From Paraspadella gotoi (taxonomy: Eukaryota > Animalia > Chaetognatha), in the NCBI GenBank assembly GCA_051294375.1, contig CM119267.1:6798265-6862250 (forward strand): 63,986 bases of DNA, in the 5' to 3' direction. The notes beneath the pieces were generated by a model. That model did not search any database. It was not told the origin of the DNA and was given only the letters and a program-made list of their open reading frames with translations. Position 1 is the first letter of the stretch. Each line of letters starts with the position of its first letter. Below are positions 14,426 through 28,541 of the stretch, one piece after another. A program made the translations under genes and the position numbers.

Positions 14426-14632
14426 GATCGACAACCTCTTTGTCTTCGTCCTGGTTGTTGTTGTTGCTGTTGCCGGGTCCCGTCCTGTCGAATTCCGTCC
14501 ACGCAGTCGCCCTCTATCGGCCACGCCCACTTGGTCCACTAGATTCTCTCGTTGCGCCACAAAACAAGAAGCGAAATTACATTGCGTCCTTTTACTCTTA
14601 AATCGTCATTTTGCACTGAACGAATCGCGCAG
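14426..14632 (+). CDS. Candidate signal-peptide-like exon (IDNLFVFVLVVVVAVAGSRPVEFRPRS...); duplicate at 10067-10276
   Basis: Hydrophobic run ending AVAGS-RP; upstream ATG and ~49-nt gtgagt...ctgac...ttag intron; CAG|gttttt donor; downstream frame differs between copies. Confidence 0.25.
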
Positions 14633-14885
14633 GTTTTTGCCTGAAAAAATCTCAAAAGTTGAAAATAACCAATGAAGCTAAATATTAATTAAATGCATGG
14701 ATGTCCATTTTACGAATGTAATAGGAAAATCCCATTTCCCAGGATGTAATAGAAATTGCCCTTACTTCAGATGAAATGGAGAAAAGAGCCCCGGATGTCA
14801 CTTTAACCCCTGCGTAGTAATCGACCTACGCTACCGGGAGTAAATGAATGAACCGTTGAAGTTGAAGTCGGAACTCGACCAGTGA

Positions 14886-14956
<71 letters not shown>

Positions 14957-15076
14957 TCACCCTAAAAATTTACCTCTCCCGCTTTTTCACTCTATCTTGA
15001 TCCCTGGATCGACGCCTTGCCTCAACATCCAAGCCCTCGCACCCCACCTCCCTCTAATGCAGCCGACTCTTTTCCG

Positions 15077-15181
<105 letters not shown>

Positions 15182-16630
15182 GACTCAATCAAAGAGACTC
15201 GGGACGAACGTTTGACTCGATTGAAGTCTGAGAGGGAGGAGGAGGGGGAAAAGAGGAGGGGGGAGAAGGAGGAGGGGAGAAGAGGAGGGAGAGAAGGAGG
15301 AGGGAAGGAGAGGTTAGAGAGGGAGAGAAGGAGGAAGAGGAGTAGGGGGTAGAGAGGGTAGAGGGGAGATAGAGAGGATGAGTAGTAGGAGAGGGTGAAA
15401 AAAGAGAGTAAAGAGAATGAAAAAGGAAAGAGAGGAAAGTTGAAAGGAACACAGGTTAAGGTAAGATTGAAAATCGAGGGGAAAAAAAAGAAGAAACTTG
15501 AGAAAAAGATAAGAAAAAAATATAGGATAAAAAAAAAGGTATTTTGGGCAGATGGAAAACGGAATGCAAAGGTGGTGATGAGAAAGGAGAGAGAATTCAG
15601 AGGGAGGAAAGCATCCGGCGAAAAAAAAGGGGAACAGATGGGAAAGAAGATGGAAAATAAGGAAAGAAGACGGAAAATAAGGAAAGAAGATGGAAAATAA
15701 GGAAAGGAAAAAGGAAAAAGGAAAGGAGGAAAAGTAGGAGAAAATGGAGGAGGGAGAAGGAAATAGAATCAGTGAACGAGAGAAGAGGATTGGGTAGAAG
15801 AAAGGAAAGAGAGAAAAAAAATAGAAAAAGAAAAGAGGAAAAAATTCAAGGAGAGAGAGAGAAAAAAAAGGGGAAAAAAAGGAAAAAAAAAGAAAGTAGA
15901 GGGGGGCGTGGAAACGGGAAGGGAAAATAAGGTTAGCGAAGAGGGAAAGTTGACTCGTTGACATTCACTCGGCAGATTTAATCCAGATGAAATTTTTGAG
16001 AGTTTGCGGGTCATGATTTAAAAAAAAGAATCGGGTTGGGGGATAGTCACAGTCTCATACTTTAAATATCTTTTTATTTTAAATGGGTTTTTTTTTTAAA
16101 GATAAATATAAAAAATGATTTTATTGCATATTTCTTTTAATTATAACTACGCAATTAGAAGATAAACTCTATTATTTTTTGTCAACCTGAATTTTTTTTG
16201 CTTCCTGTTGTCAAATCCGAATACGCGCCAGTAAGTTAGCAAGTTAGTTCGTATTCGATTTTAATTGCTAAAATTTAAATTAATATTACCTTCAACCAGA
16301 CAGACCGACCAAAATACGTTTTACTGAATCACCTGAGAAACCTCAAATAACTAGTTTTTCAACATATGACAGGTTGCCACATGCAAATGAATTTTGGACG
16401 CGGCCAAGAATGAGATGGAAAACCAAAACAAAACAATTATGGTAGTGGAGAAAAAAAATAATTCTTTTCTCTGTTTTTGTTTAAATTCTGCTCAAAGAAT
16501 AAAGAGACAGAGAGACAGATTAGGCCGGAGAGAGAGAGAGATAGGGGGGAGGAAAGGAAAATTAGAAAGAGTGAGAACGAGAGGAAAAAAAAGGAGAGAG
16601 AGCGAGAGAGCAGAGGGAAAGTAGAGAGAG

Positions 16631-16688
<58 letters not shown>

Positions 16689-16880
16689 GATAACACGGAG
16701 AAAGAATTGTGGTTTCTCTCTCTCGCCATCTTCGCAAACATTTTTCTTCCTTTGTTCCCTAATGGAGTCTGGCTTTTTTTCAAGATTTTCAATTTTCTAA
16801 GCTTTTCGGGTTTTTTTTCCCGCCGTTATTGTTTATGTTTTTGGTTTTTCTAATTCAAAACTTTAAGCGCTGAGATCCCT

Positions 16881-16958
<78 letters not shown>

Positions 16959-17076
16959 CTTTTTTCTAACTGCCATTTAACTGACACGAGTCCATAGAGA
17001 GACCGTCATCAATCCTGCCGACGTCGGATTCTGACTCCGCTCAATCATAAGTCATCACGAACGCCTTCGAAATCTT

Positions 17077-17191
<115 letters not shown>

Positions 17192-17371
17192 TTCAATTAT
17201 CCCGTCATCATTAGAAGTTGTTTAGCCGTGTTTCCTTTTTTACTTGATGACTTTTTTGCGAACTGTAATGTCTCTTTCTCTTTTTTACTCTTTCTCTCTC
17301 TCTTCTCCTCGGATAGCGAACGTTCAGAAAAGGAGTAATTTGAATTAGCGTATTATTAAAATTAATTAAAG

Positions 17372-17417
17372 CCAAGACAGGAACTAAAGGATCACCTGTG
17401 ATGCGAATGAAATTGAG
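17372..17417 (+). CDS. Candidate small exon (KTGTKGSPVMRMKL) of an uncharacterised + strand gene
   Basis: Perfect donor GAG|gtaagt; only one open frame; phase-2 end matches the exon at 22505; acceptor uncertain. Confidence 0.4.
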
Positions 17418-18662
17418 GTAAGTAAACTGAATAAGCATGCGAACAATTATCAATAGGGCAAGTTGGAATGTTTTGTGTATGAAATAAGAAGAATAAACAA
17501 AATATTAAGTGTGGAAAAAGGTAAAGAGTGGAAGAAGAGAATAAATGGAGAGTCGGGTACATGAGGAATAGAGGGAAAGAAAGAAAAAATTAGGAGGAAA
17601 GAAGGAAAAAGAGAAAAAGTAGAGGAAGGTGAAAAGGAGAAAAAAAAGAAAAGTACAATAAGGAGGAAAGAAGAAAAAAAATTAGAGGAAAGATGAAAAA
17701 GAGAAAAGACAGAAAAAAACAAGAAGGAGGAAAGAAGAAAAAAAGTAGAGGAAAGATGAAAAAGAGAAAAGAAAGAAAAGTACAAGAAGGAGGAAAGAAT
17801 AAAAAAAAAGTAGAGGAAGGATGAAAAAGAGAAAAGAAAGAAAAGTACAAGAAGGAGGAAAGAAGAGAAAATCAGAGGAAAAAGGAGAGAAAAAAAATAC
17901 CAAGAAGGAAGTAGAAAGAATCAAAGAAAGCAACGAGGGGGCGGGAGGGTAGATAAGGTTTCGTGAGGGTGGAGAGATGGGGCTGGGGAGATTGCGACGT
18001 CGTGACCCCAATCGGGCCTCTTTACGCCGAGAGGTCGAACCCCGATTTCTCTTAAACCCGAATTCGACTCGATTTTTATCGAACTTACCCGCGAAGAGGG
18101 GGGGTGGGTGCGATGGAGAGGGACGGGTGTGGCTTTTCTTTTAAACTCGCGGTTTTTCGGAGAGAGAGAGAAAAAAGGGGGGGGGAGGGGGGGAGAAAAA
18201 GTGATGGGGAGAAGAGATGATCACGGGGAGGATGCGAAGTCAATTAGTATAATATGCTTACAAAAATGTAAACAATTCAAGTAATAACTCGATAAAAAGA
18301 TTAAATGACCGAGGGAGAGAAAAAAAGGGAAGTGTTTCTCGAAAGGATTTTCTTCTCGAAAGGTTTAAAAGATTGTCGGGAAGAGACATCCGTTGATTTG
18401 TTCCTCTGTTCATTCACCAGTGGATTCATATAGCGGTTTCAACTTGGTCTTTTCGACATGTGGGTTAAACGGATTGAGAATGTTGTAAAGTAAGTTGAAT
18501 AGAGTGAGTTGTAGTTGTTGTTGTTGTTAATTAGAATTCGTCGGGAGTGAAATAAAAATTTAAGCAGGACATAAAGTAATGTCGCAAAACACGGTAAGGT
18601 TTTAGGTAAGGATAAAAGGAGAAAGAAGAAATAAAAAACGTTAATCATCTCCAGTCGGGAGT

Positions 18663-18700
<38 letters not shown>

Positions 18701-18709
18701 CTTCCTCTT

Positions 18710-18745
<36 letters not shown>

Positions 18746-18877
18746 ATCTCTCTTTTTCCCCTTCTGTTTTTCGGTTCACTTACCCAAAAAACTTACCCGC
18801 TTCCCGGCCCACGACGCCCCCACCTCTGGCCCGCCCGCCTTCCTTTCCTCCTTTTCATCAGTTTCTCTCTCCTCTCT

Positions 18878-18914
<37 letters not shown>

Positions 18915-19014
18915 CTCTCATTCATGTTCTCATCATCTCTCTCTCTTTTCCCTTTGGTGCAGATTAAAAGAAAAGATTCCTTTTTTTAAAGGAAAAAAAA
19001 ATTTAGAAGAAAAT

Positions 19015-19141
19015 TTGACACTTTTTCCTAAAAGCGTTCAATTTTTGTTTCTAATCTCTGAAAAAAATTTTAACCTTAACTTTAACTTTAATTTTTTATT
19101 ATATATTTATTATTATTATTATTATTCTATTATTATTATTA

Positions 19142-19191
<50 letters not shown>

Positions 19192-19400
19192 TTTTTTTTT
19201 TTTTTAATATATAATGTTTAGTTGAATACCCTAACTATATCCATTAAATATATACTTTAATCCTTAGCCCTAATCCCTTTCCAAAACTATAACCTAATCC
19301 CTAACCTTATTCCTTATCGTAAAATCTAATTTTTATCCTTAACCCTTAACTTAATTCTGAATTTAAGCTAAAATGGAGCGCTTTTGCAAAATAGGGCCGA
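19015..19400. mobile_element. MITE-like element with ~31-bp degenerate TIRs and a (ATT)n plus CCCTAA-like core
   Basis: Left TTGACACTTTTTCCTAAAAGCGTTCAATTTT vs right AAAATGGAGCGCTTTTGCAAAATAGGGCCGA, 22/31 inverted matches; AAAT on both sides (possible 4-bp TSD). Confidence 0.55.
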
Positions 19401-19676
19401 AAATGACTAGAAAAGAAAATCAGTGAAAAAAAGGGAAAAAAAAGTAAATAAATGAGCTTCACCCCACCCAAAAAAAATAAAGAAGGGAGAAAAAAGAGGG
19501 AAGAAGAGAAATAAAAAAAAAAGAAAGTAAGAAAAAAAAGAAAGAAAGAAAGAAAGAAAGAAAGAAGTTAGTTTAAAAAAAGAAAAAAAAAACCTCAATA
19601 AAAATTCCAAACCCTTCCCTTCTTTCATCATAAAAATATGGATAGACGGACTTTAGCTTTTGGAGCGCTTCAGAAA

Positions 19677-19735
<59 letters not shown>

Positions 19736-21326
19736 GCTTTCTTAGGAAATATTATTTTATTCTGCGAGGAAATCATCCCCTTCTTTCGTAACCTTGACAC
19801 GTTGTCTGCGAGGTCGAGAAATCTCTAATTATTATGATGAAAATTTTTTATCAAGCCATGACCGGCGAAGCCGGTTCAGGCTTGATATTGATTCGGGTGA
19901 GATTCTTTGTGACGTAGTCGTCGTCGTCGTCGTCGTCGTCGGCGTCGTCGTCGTCGTCGGCCGTCACGCTGTTTTTAAATAAAAACTACTACGCTTTTAT
20001 AGGTTTGGCTGTCACTTAACGTTTTTTTTTTAATAAAAATTATTATGAATTATTATAAAGTTNNNNNNNNNNNNNNNNNNNNNNNNNTTTTAAACCAAAT
20101 AGATGTGCGATTCATAGTAACGTTAAAAAATTAGATATTGGCTTCTCAAAACTTGAATATAGCCTTTGATATTTTTCTATTACATTTGGATTTAAGTATT
20201 TTTTGTTGAATTTCCCACTTTTCAATTGATGTTTACTGTCAAATATGGCAAATGGAGGATTATAGGTACTGTATTATAATAATTCTCCAAATTAGTAATT
20301 TATAGAAATGGCTTTAAGCTAATTTACATTATTGGCAGTACTATAATATTTTGAAAAGATGAAAATTAAAAAATTTTTTTAAAAATTTCTAAAATAAAAA
20401 TGGGAACTTCAAAGGATTTTTTTAATGAGAAAGGCTATATTCTTAGTTTTTAATACAAATAAAAAATAAAATCTTTTACAAGCTTGCGATTGGAAAAAAA
20501 TTGGAAAAAGTTCCAAATTGTAAACCCATTGTAACATTTTTTGCCGTCTTTTTATTGTTATTTTTATTATATATAATTTTTTTTTAGGCGCTGCCTTTTT
20601 CTGAATCGTTTAAAAACGAGATTTTCAGTTTTCTCTCCGTCTCTCTTTGTTGTGCGAATCTCTTGCGTTTGAATCGTTCGTTTTTTGAAAAATTCTGATA
20701 TTTTTTCGTTTCTAAAAAAAACCATATATATTTGGATTCAGGCGGGCCTTTTTCTTGAATCGTAAAAACGAGTTTCAGGCTCTCTCTCATCTCCTCTACT
20801 CCCTCCGTCTCCCCTCCGTTCTTCTCTCTCTCTCTCTCCTCTTCTCTGCGGATCTCTCTCTTCTTTAACAACAAAACAAAACAAAAATTATTCACTTTCT
20901 GTGTTGACACCGTTTTTTGAAAATTTTTATTATTCTCTTTCCTTCTAAAAACTTTATATACGCCATGTTATTTCGCGGGCTCTTTCTCAATACCAAAAAA
21001 ATTCCCAAATTACATCTGAGGATACTTTCGTGGATTTTTTGTTGAAGAAAGAAAAATTGTTGGAAGGAATTAACTTAACTTGACCCTGGAATTTCGATTC
21101 GGCCCGTTGCGGACACGACCACTACCACATCCCGTTCCGCAATCGAGGTAAACAAGTCAGAGGAGAAACATGGACCTAAATAACGCGTCTCTGAACTGGC
21201 AACGGAAAACCACCGTTACGTGTATAACAAAAAAACACAAACTTGACCGAGATCACGCCGATATAAAACAAGAGTGACCTAATAATGCGTACTCGGTTGG
21301 CGGCGGGCAAAACTTTCTCTCATCTC

Positions 21327-21411
<85 letters not shown>

Positions 21412-21537
21412 CCCCTTCTGTTTTTCGGTTCACTTACCCAAAAAACTTACCCGCTTCCCGGCCCACCGACGCCCCCCACCTCTGGCCCGCCCGCCTTCCT
21501 TTCCTTTCATCAGTTTCTCTCTCTCTCTCTCTCTCTC

Positions 21538-21568
<31 letters not shown>

Positions 21569-21656
21569 GTCCTCTCTCTCTCTCTCTCTTTCCCTTTGGT
21601 GCAAGATTAAAAGAAAAGATTCCTTTTTTAAAGGAAAAAAAAATTTAGAAGAAAAT

Positions 21657-22043
21657 TTGACACTTTTTCCTAAAAGCGTTCAATTTTTTGTTTCTAATCT
21701 CTGAAAAAAATTTTAACCTTAACTTTAACTTTAATTTTTTTATATTTATATTATTATTATTAATTATATCTATTATTATTATTATTTTATTATTATTATT
21801 ATAATTATTATTATATTATTATTATTATTATTTTATTTTTTTTTTTTTTTAATATATAATGTTTAGTTGAATACCTAACTATATCCATTAAATATATACT
21901 TTAATCCTTAGCCCTAATCCCTTTCCAAAACTATAACCTAATCCCTAACCTTATTCCTTATCGTAAAATCTAATTTTTATCCTTAACCTTAACTTAATTC
22001 TGAATTTAAGCTAAAATGGAGCGCTTTTGCAAAATAGGGCCGA
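21657..22043. mobile_element. Second (assembly-duplicated) copy of the 19015-19400 MITE
   Basis: Same TIRs, same flanks, lies within the duplicated segment. Confidence 0.5.
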
Positions 22044-22335
22044 AAATGACTAGAAAAGAAAATCAGTGAAAAAAAAGGGAAAAAAAAGTAAATAAATGAG
22101 CTTCACCCCACCCAAAAAAATAAAGAAGGGAGAAAAAAGAGGGAAGAAGAGAAATAAAAAAAAAAAAAGTAAGAAAAAAGAAGAAAGATAAGAAAAGAAA
22201 GAAGAAAGAAGTTAGTTTAAAAAAGAAAAAAAAACCTCAATAAAAATTCCAAACCCTTCCCTTCTTTCATCATAAAAATATGGATAGACGGACTTTAGCT
22301 TTTGGAGCGCTTCAGAAAACTCTCTCCTCTCTCTT

Positions 22336-22366
<31 letters not shown>

Positions 22367-22504
22367 CTCTCTCTCTCTCACGCTTTCTTAAGGCAAATAT
22401 TATTTTATTCTGCGAGGAAATCATCCCCTTCTTTCGTAACCTTGACACGTTGTCTGCGAGGTTCGAGAAATCTCTAATTATTATGATGAAAATTTTTTAT
22501 CAAG

Positions 22505-22544
22505 CCATGACCGGCGAAGCCGGTTCAGGCTTGATATGATTCGG
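22505..22544 (+). CDS. Candidate small exon (HDRRSRFRLDMIR); error-bearing duplicate at 19856-19896
   Basis: tttttatcaag acceptor; CGG|gtgaga donor (gtgaga is used three times in DSD1). Confidence 0.45.
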
Positions 22545-22565
22545 GTGAGATTCTTGTGTACGTAT

Positions 22566-22600
<35 letters not shown>

Positions 22601-23405
22601 GGCGTCGTCGTCGTCGTCGGCCGTCACGCTGTTTTTAAATAAAAAACTACTACGCTTTTATAGGTTTGGCTGTCACTTAACGTTTTTTTTTTAATAAAAA
22701 ATTATTATGAATTATTATAAAGTTTTACACAAAGTGGGTGCGATCATAGTAAGTTAAAAAAATTAGATATGGCTTCTCAACTTGAAATAGCTTTGATATT
22801 TTCTTATTACATTTGGATTTAAGTATTTTTTGTTTGAATTTCCACTTCAATATGATTTACTGCATAATGCAAATGAGATTATAGTACTGATTATAATATC
22901 CAAATTAGTATATAGAAATGCTTTAAGCTAATTTACATATTGCAGTATATAATATTGAAGATGAAATTAAAAAATTTTTTTTTAAATTTCTAATAAAAAT
23001 GGGAACTCAAAGGATTTTTTTTAATGAGAAGCTATATCTTAGTTTTAATACAAATAAAAATAAAATCTTTTACAAGCTGCGATTGGAAAAAATTGGAAAA
23101 GTTTCCAATTGTAAACCATTGTAACATTTTTTGCCTTTCTTTTATTTATTTTTTAATTATATATATTTTTTTTTAGGCGCTGCCTTTTCTGAATCGTTTA
23201 AAAAACGAGTTCAGTTTCTCTCCGTCTCTCTTTGTGTGCGATCTCTTGCGTGATCGTTCGTTTTTTTGAAAAATTCTGATTATTTTTTTCTTTCTAAAAA
23301 AACACCTAACTATATTTTGATTCAGGCGCGCGCCTTTTCTGAATCGTTTAAAAAAACGAAGTTCAGGCTGCTCTCTCTCTCTCTCTCCCTCCTGTCTTCC
23401 CTCCG

Positions 23406-23454
<49 letters not shown>

Positions 23455-23805
23455 ACAAAAAAAAATTATTCACTTTGTTTACCACCGTTTTTTGAAAATT
23501 CTTATTATTTCTTTCCTTCTAAAAACTTTTAATCGCCATTTATTCCGCGCTTCTTTCTCAATACAAAATCCCAAATTTACATCTGAGATTTTCGTGGATT
23601 TTTTTTGAGAAAATGTGAAGATAACTTACTTGACCTGGATTTCGTGGCCGTTGCGGGCGGCAACGAGTAAACAATGTGAGGAACATGACTAATAAACGCG
23701 TTTTGATGGCAACGGAAACGTTACGTGTATAAAAAAAATCAACTTGACCGAGATCACGCCGATATAAACAAGAGTGACCTAATATTGCGTCGTTGGCGGG
23801 AAAAC

Positions 23806-23854
<49 letters not shown>

Positions 23855-23855
23855 T

Positions 23856-23903
<48 letters not shown>

Positions 23904-25025
23904 TTTACAAAAAAAAATTTATTCACTTGTAAACGAGTAAACGAGTTCCGGCCTCTCTCTCTCCTTCCTCTCTCTCCTCTCTTCTCTCTCTCTCTTCTCT
24001 CTCTCTATCTTTCTCTCTATCTGTCTCTCTCTCTCTTTCTCTCTTTCTATCTCTTTTTTTTTGTACAAAAATAATTTTTAGTCACCTTTTTTTTCACCTC
24101 CGTCATTAAACGAGTTCCGCGCTCTCTCTATCTCTCTCTCTCTCTCTTTTTTTTTTTACAAAAAAAAATTTTTTAGTCACTTTTTTTTTCACCAGGCGAC
24201 GAGTAAACGAGTAAACGAGTTCCGGCTCTGTTCAGCTTTCTCTCTTCTCTCTCTCTCTCTCTTCTCTCTCTCTTCTCTCTCTGTCTCTCTCTCACATGTA
24301 CGATCGCTCGTTTTTTTGAAAAATTCTTATTATTTTTTTCCTTCTAAAAAACTTTTATTATCGCCATTTTATTTTTTTTTTCTCTATACAAAATACCAAA
24401 TTTACATCTCGAGATTTTCATGGATTCATTTTAGAAAAAAAATGCAGGCAATGTCACATGTACATCAGTTTGCTGCTGTACATATAGCTGCTATATGGTC
24501 GGCAATTCGCGGATTAATTTAATTGCAATATATAACTTTCTAACAAAAAAAAAATTTTTTGTTTTTTGTTTATTACTGTAACTTTGGACCGGTCGGCCCA
24601 CTATTGGCAAATTATTATCTAAAATAGGAGTTGAGAAGAGAATATTGTCAAATTAAACATTACTTTTTTTTGTTATTCTAACATTTTTAAAATTTTAAAA
24701 TTGTAAATTTTTTTTAGTGTATATATTTAATCATTTTTATTCTTTTTTAAATAATAATTATTTGAGTTGGATAAATATTTATTAAATTAGTTAAATATGC
24801 AAATATGAAATTTGACCTCGTGCTGGTTTCTTCTTAAAAAAAAAAAAAGAACAATCTAAAATTTCATTCAGATTAAAACTTTTTAAAGAGATGAGGACAT
24901 AAAATTTTTTTGATAAGTAAAAAAAAATATTAGAAAGGAAAAGAGTTCGTTCCTACTCACGATACGTCGAAAACGAGTTCAGCTCTGCAGGCGCGTCCAG
25001 CTTCTCTCTATCTTTCTCTCCTTCT

Positions 25026-25071
<46 letters not shown>

Positions 25072-25231
25072 TCTTTTTCTTTTTTATTTATTCCGCCATT
25101 CTATTCCGCGCTTTTTTCTCAATACAAAATCCCAAAATTTAGATCCGAGATTTTCGTGATTTTTTTTTCTAAAAATTTTGATTATTCTTTATATAACGAG
25201 AGTGGAAAACTGACCAGCATCCTCTCTCACT

Positions 25232-25301
<70 letters not shown>

Positions 25302-25329
25302 ATTATACACGCATTTGTGTTTTATTACG

Positions 25330-25530
25330 ATGAATGACTCATCGCGTCAATGAATGACTATCATCGCATCAATGAATGATTATCATCATATCAATGAATG
25401 ATTATTCATCACATCAATGAATGACTATCATCGCATCAATCATTTGATTATCATCACATCAGTTATTTTATTATCATCGCATCAATTATTGGTTATCATC
25501 GCATCAATATTTAGTTATCATTCGCATTAA
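25330..25530. repeat. 22-bp minisatellite (TCAATGAATGACTATCATCGCA), ~9 copies; re-read at ~34060-34290 and ~36705-36940
   Basis: Tandem units decaying rightwards; a detached unit at ~25620-25650. Confidence 0.85.
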
Positions 25531-26839
25531 TATTTGGTTACCATCGAAAGCTGGCTCGACCCTATTGCTTTTAAGATTTTTTCCCTAAAATTCTTGATTG
25601 CGTTTCGTTGCGCGGAAAACTATCATCGCATCAATGAATGACTATCATCATGGCTTGATCCTTATGCTTTTTAAGATTTTTTATAGGTTGATTTGTAAGA
25701 CAAATTGTGGATATAAATGGGTTAGTGTTACGCCGGTCATGACAAGACACGACCGTGGCCGTGGGACACGACGAGTTAATATCTGGCTGCTGCCTTCGCC
25801 CGTTTCTCGCGAAGAAATTGATCGAATGTGAAGAAGATATCGCGATTATTTTTAACGTTTGAAACGTCGCGAGAGAGAGAATGAGTGGCCTCTCGAAAGA
25901 CCCGGACGTTAAACGCTTTTAACTCACAGGCGTTGGAAGTTTAATTTAAAGTCATTTTTAATCTCGTTTTTAAATTCATTTTTTAACTTCACGTTTTTAA
26001 CCTTTTATCGTCGAAATTAATCTCATAATTTCATCCACCGTTTTTATAAACTCAAACTTTTATCTCCGTTCTTCGTCTCCAATTTGTTGATAAATAAACT
26101 TACCAACCAGTTCCAAATTTCTTAGCGTCCTTTAATGAAACCAAAAGTCAGTCAACGAATAAGTACAGCAAATCGAGAGAGGCACAAACAGTTAGCATTG
26201 GTATTATATGTCTTAATATAATATTATTGTATATTATTATATATTATTTATAATAAATACATTTGCCTTAATCCTAATTCATTATGATAGTCTAAAGCTT
26301 TTGCGAAAATTGACAGAATATCTTAGGTAAGCAGTTATAATTACTTGGAAAAATAGTAGATAAAATAAATTAGATAGATATGTGGGAAGAAACTGAGCCC
26401 AAACCGTTTTTCAACTCTCACTTACTTCCTCGTCTCCTCGTCTGGGGGATGTGGGGATGCGATATCCCGCGACCTCGTCACCCGAGGGGTAACGAATCGC
26501 AGCCACAAGCGCCACTTTCGCTGATATATAAAATATGAACAAAAGAACTCTTATATTTTAACTCTCGTCTCATATATAAATAAAATATATATCAAACAAA
26601 AGAAACCTTATACAACGTTTAACTACCTTACTAGGTTTAGGCAGCGAATACCTGCTTTGTATTTATCTTGTTGTGTGAAAATCATTCACTCTATTGTCTC
26701 TCTCTTACTTGAAACTTCAGCCATCAATTTTATCGTTATCACTTAATTGTAATTCTTTGCTTTTACATTAATGTTAATTGTAAGGGTTCCTTTTAACCCG
26801 AACAAAATAAGGACTTTGTTCAAGACTGTTTTTACGAAG

Positions 26840-26942
26840 CTTAAAAGAAGCATCCCTCAACGCTCTCGACATCAAGACGGCCTTCAAGAAGTTGGCGACC
26901 TCGACGCCGATCCCGCATCTTCGAATTACGCGGATCCAGTTG
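26840..26942 (+). CDS. Candidate exon (LKRSIPQRSRHQDGLQEVGDLDADPASSNYADPV); copies near 33215, 35690 and 38344
   Basis: GC-rich coding-like island; tttttacgaag acceptor; G|gtcgca donor; phases link to neighbouring candidates. Confidence 0.45.
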
Positions 26943-28504
26943 GTCGCAACAGAATATAGATAGATAGATTGATAGATAGATATCTTCAGATAAACAGAAC
27001 AAAACATGGATTGACAGACGCGAAAGATAAGATTGGTTGAGGAGACGAAGGAAGGAAAGGAAGGAAGGAAGGAAGGAAGGAGGAAGGAAGGAAAGGAAGA
27101 AGGAGAGAGGAGAAGGAAGGGAAGGAAGGAAAGGAATAGGAAGGAAAAGGAAGGAAGGGAAGGAAGAGGAAGGAAAGGAAGGAAAAGAAGCAAGGCAAGT
27201 CTTCACGGTTTCCAGTTGGAAGAAAATCATTCAATAACCATGATTATGCAGTGACCTCGGGCTGGCGATCAGATTATTCGATATAGAGAAAGGTGAGGAT
27301 GACAAAGAAGGAGAGAATAAACATAAAAGGAACGGGACGACGACCGACGACGACGAACGAAACTGAGAAGAGAATCGGATACTTCGGCGACAACTATTAA
27401 ACGATAATCGGGTTTCTTAAAGTTAAACAAGAACAAATTACATAATATAGAAAAGCCTAACAGGATAACTTATCAAACAATTAACAAAATCAAACGGACG
27501 GACGATTAAAACAACTTCCGGTGATGACTCCTGAATTGAATGGAAGGACGAATAACAGAATCGAAAGGGAAATCATAAAAGAAAGAGAGAGAGAGAGCAA
27601 GAAGGAGATGAGTACTCAGCCCAGCACCCGAGAGCCCACTCCAGGTGAACTCACTCAGCTCGACTCACCGTGCCTATATCTGTCAACAGCTCTCGACCGC
27701 CTCTATACCAACACGATTCTGCCATCAACCGATAAGTAGTACCCTTCCTATACTAACCAGACGATAGCCTAAGCGGAGCATAGCCCGAACTCTCCTCAGC
27801 TCTGCGGAACGACCCAAACCCAATCTCGTCATAAACCTCACTACACTAAGATGCTCGAATACTGCTGTGGTCGAGCTCAACGCACTCCCGCAGAGACACC
27901 GCGTGCACCCCCTGTAATGGTGAATGCGCGACCCATAACACCACGCCCGGTAGATCCGCAGACGCGCGACTGGCAGCTCACAGCTATACGCATGACCCCG
28001 CGCTAAAACCCACTCCCCCAAAGCGCCAGGGCTCTCCTCATACAGCTCCCGCGCCAGCGCAGATCTAATGGACTGCAGCCGTAAGACCCTAGATGTAGCA
28101 CAGCGACCACTACGGACATGAACGGACGAAGATGAAGGACCAGAGAGAGAGAGACGCTCGAGAGAGAGAGAGAGAAGAGTCGTTGAAATTGAGGATGAAA
28201 AAAAAGAAGGAGGACGACGAGGATTCCCAAAGGGGAAAATGAATGAGACAGAGGAGGAGGGTCGAGGAGGAGGAGGAGGAGGGCGGAGTCGAAATCCATC
28301 ATTTTTTTTTCAGTTTTATGACAGAAGTTTCGGTCCTTCCTCGAGTAAAGGATTAATCTTTTTTATTTTCTTCATTTGGAAATAACTCATCGAGAAACAC
28401 ATTGCAAAGCACGGTTTTAAAAAAGGAAGGTTGAATAATGTTTTTTTCGGAAAAATAAGGGGGGGCATCTCTTCTTTCTCTCTTCTCTCTCTCTCTCCTC
28501 TCTC

Positions 28505-28541
<37 letters not shown>

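Larger units (their letters stand above)
6082..14780. repeat. Tandem duplication of ~4.3 kb (6082-10428 vs 10473-14780) around a 25-N gap
   Basis: Collinear throughout; indel-type differences. Confidence 0.92.
18660..23810. repeat. Tandem duplication of ~2.6 kb (18660-21310 vs 21320-23810), 25-N gap at 20063-20087
   Basis: Collinear; indel-type differences. Confidence 0.9.

Noticed and set aside
19225-19355. True telomere or chromosome-fusion site
   Set aside because: The hexamers are few, degenerate and enclosed by MITE-like TIRs.
27600-28130. High-complexity apparently unique insert (similar case at 31420-31850)
   Set aside because: It sits where the duplicate copy has simple repeat or collinear sequence; consistent with low-quality raw-read sequence.
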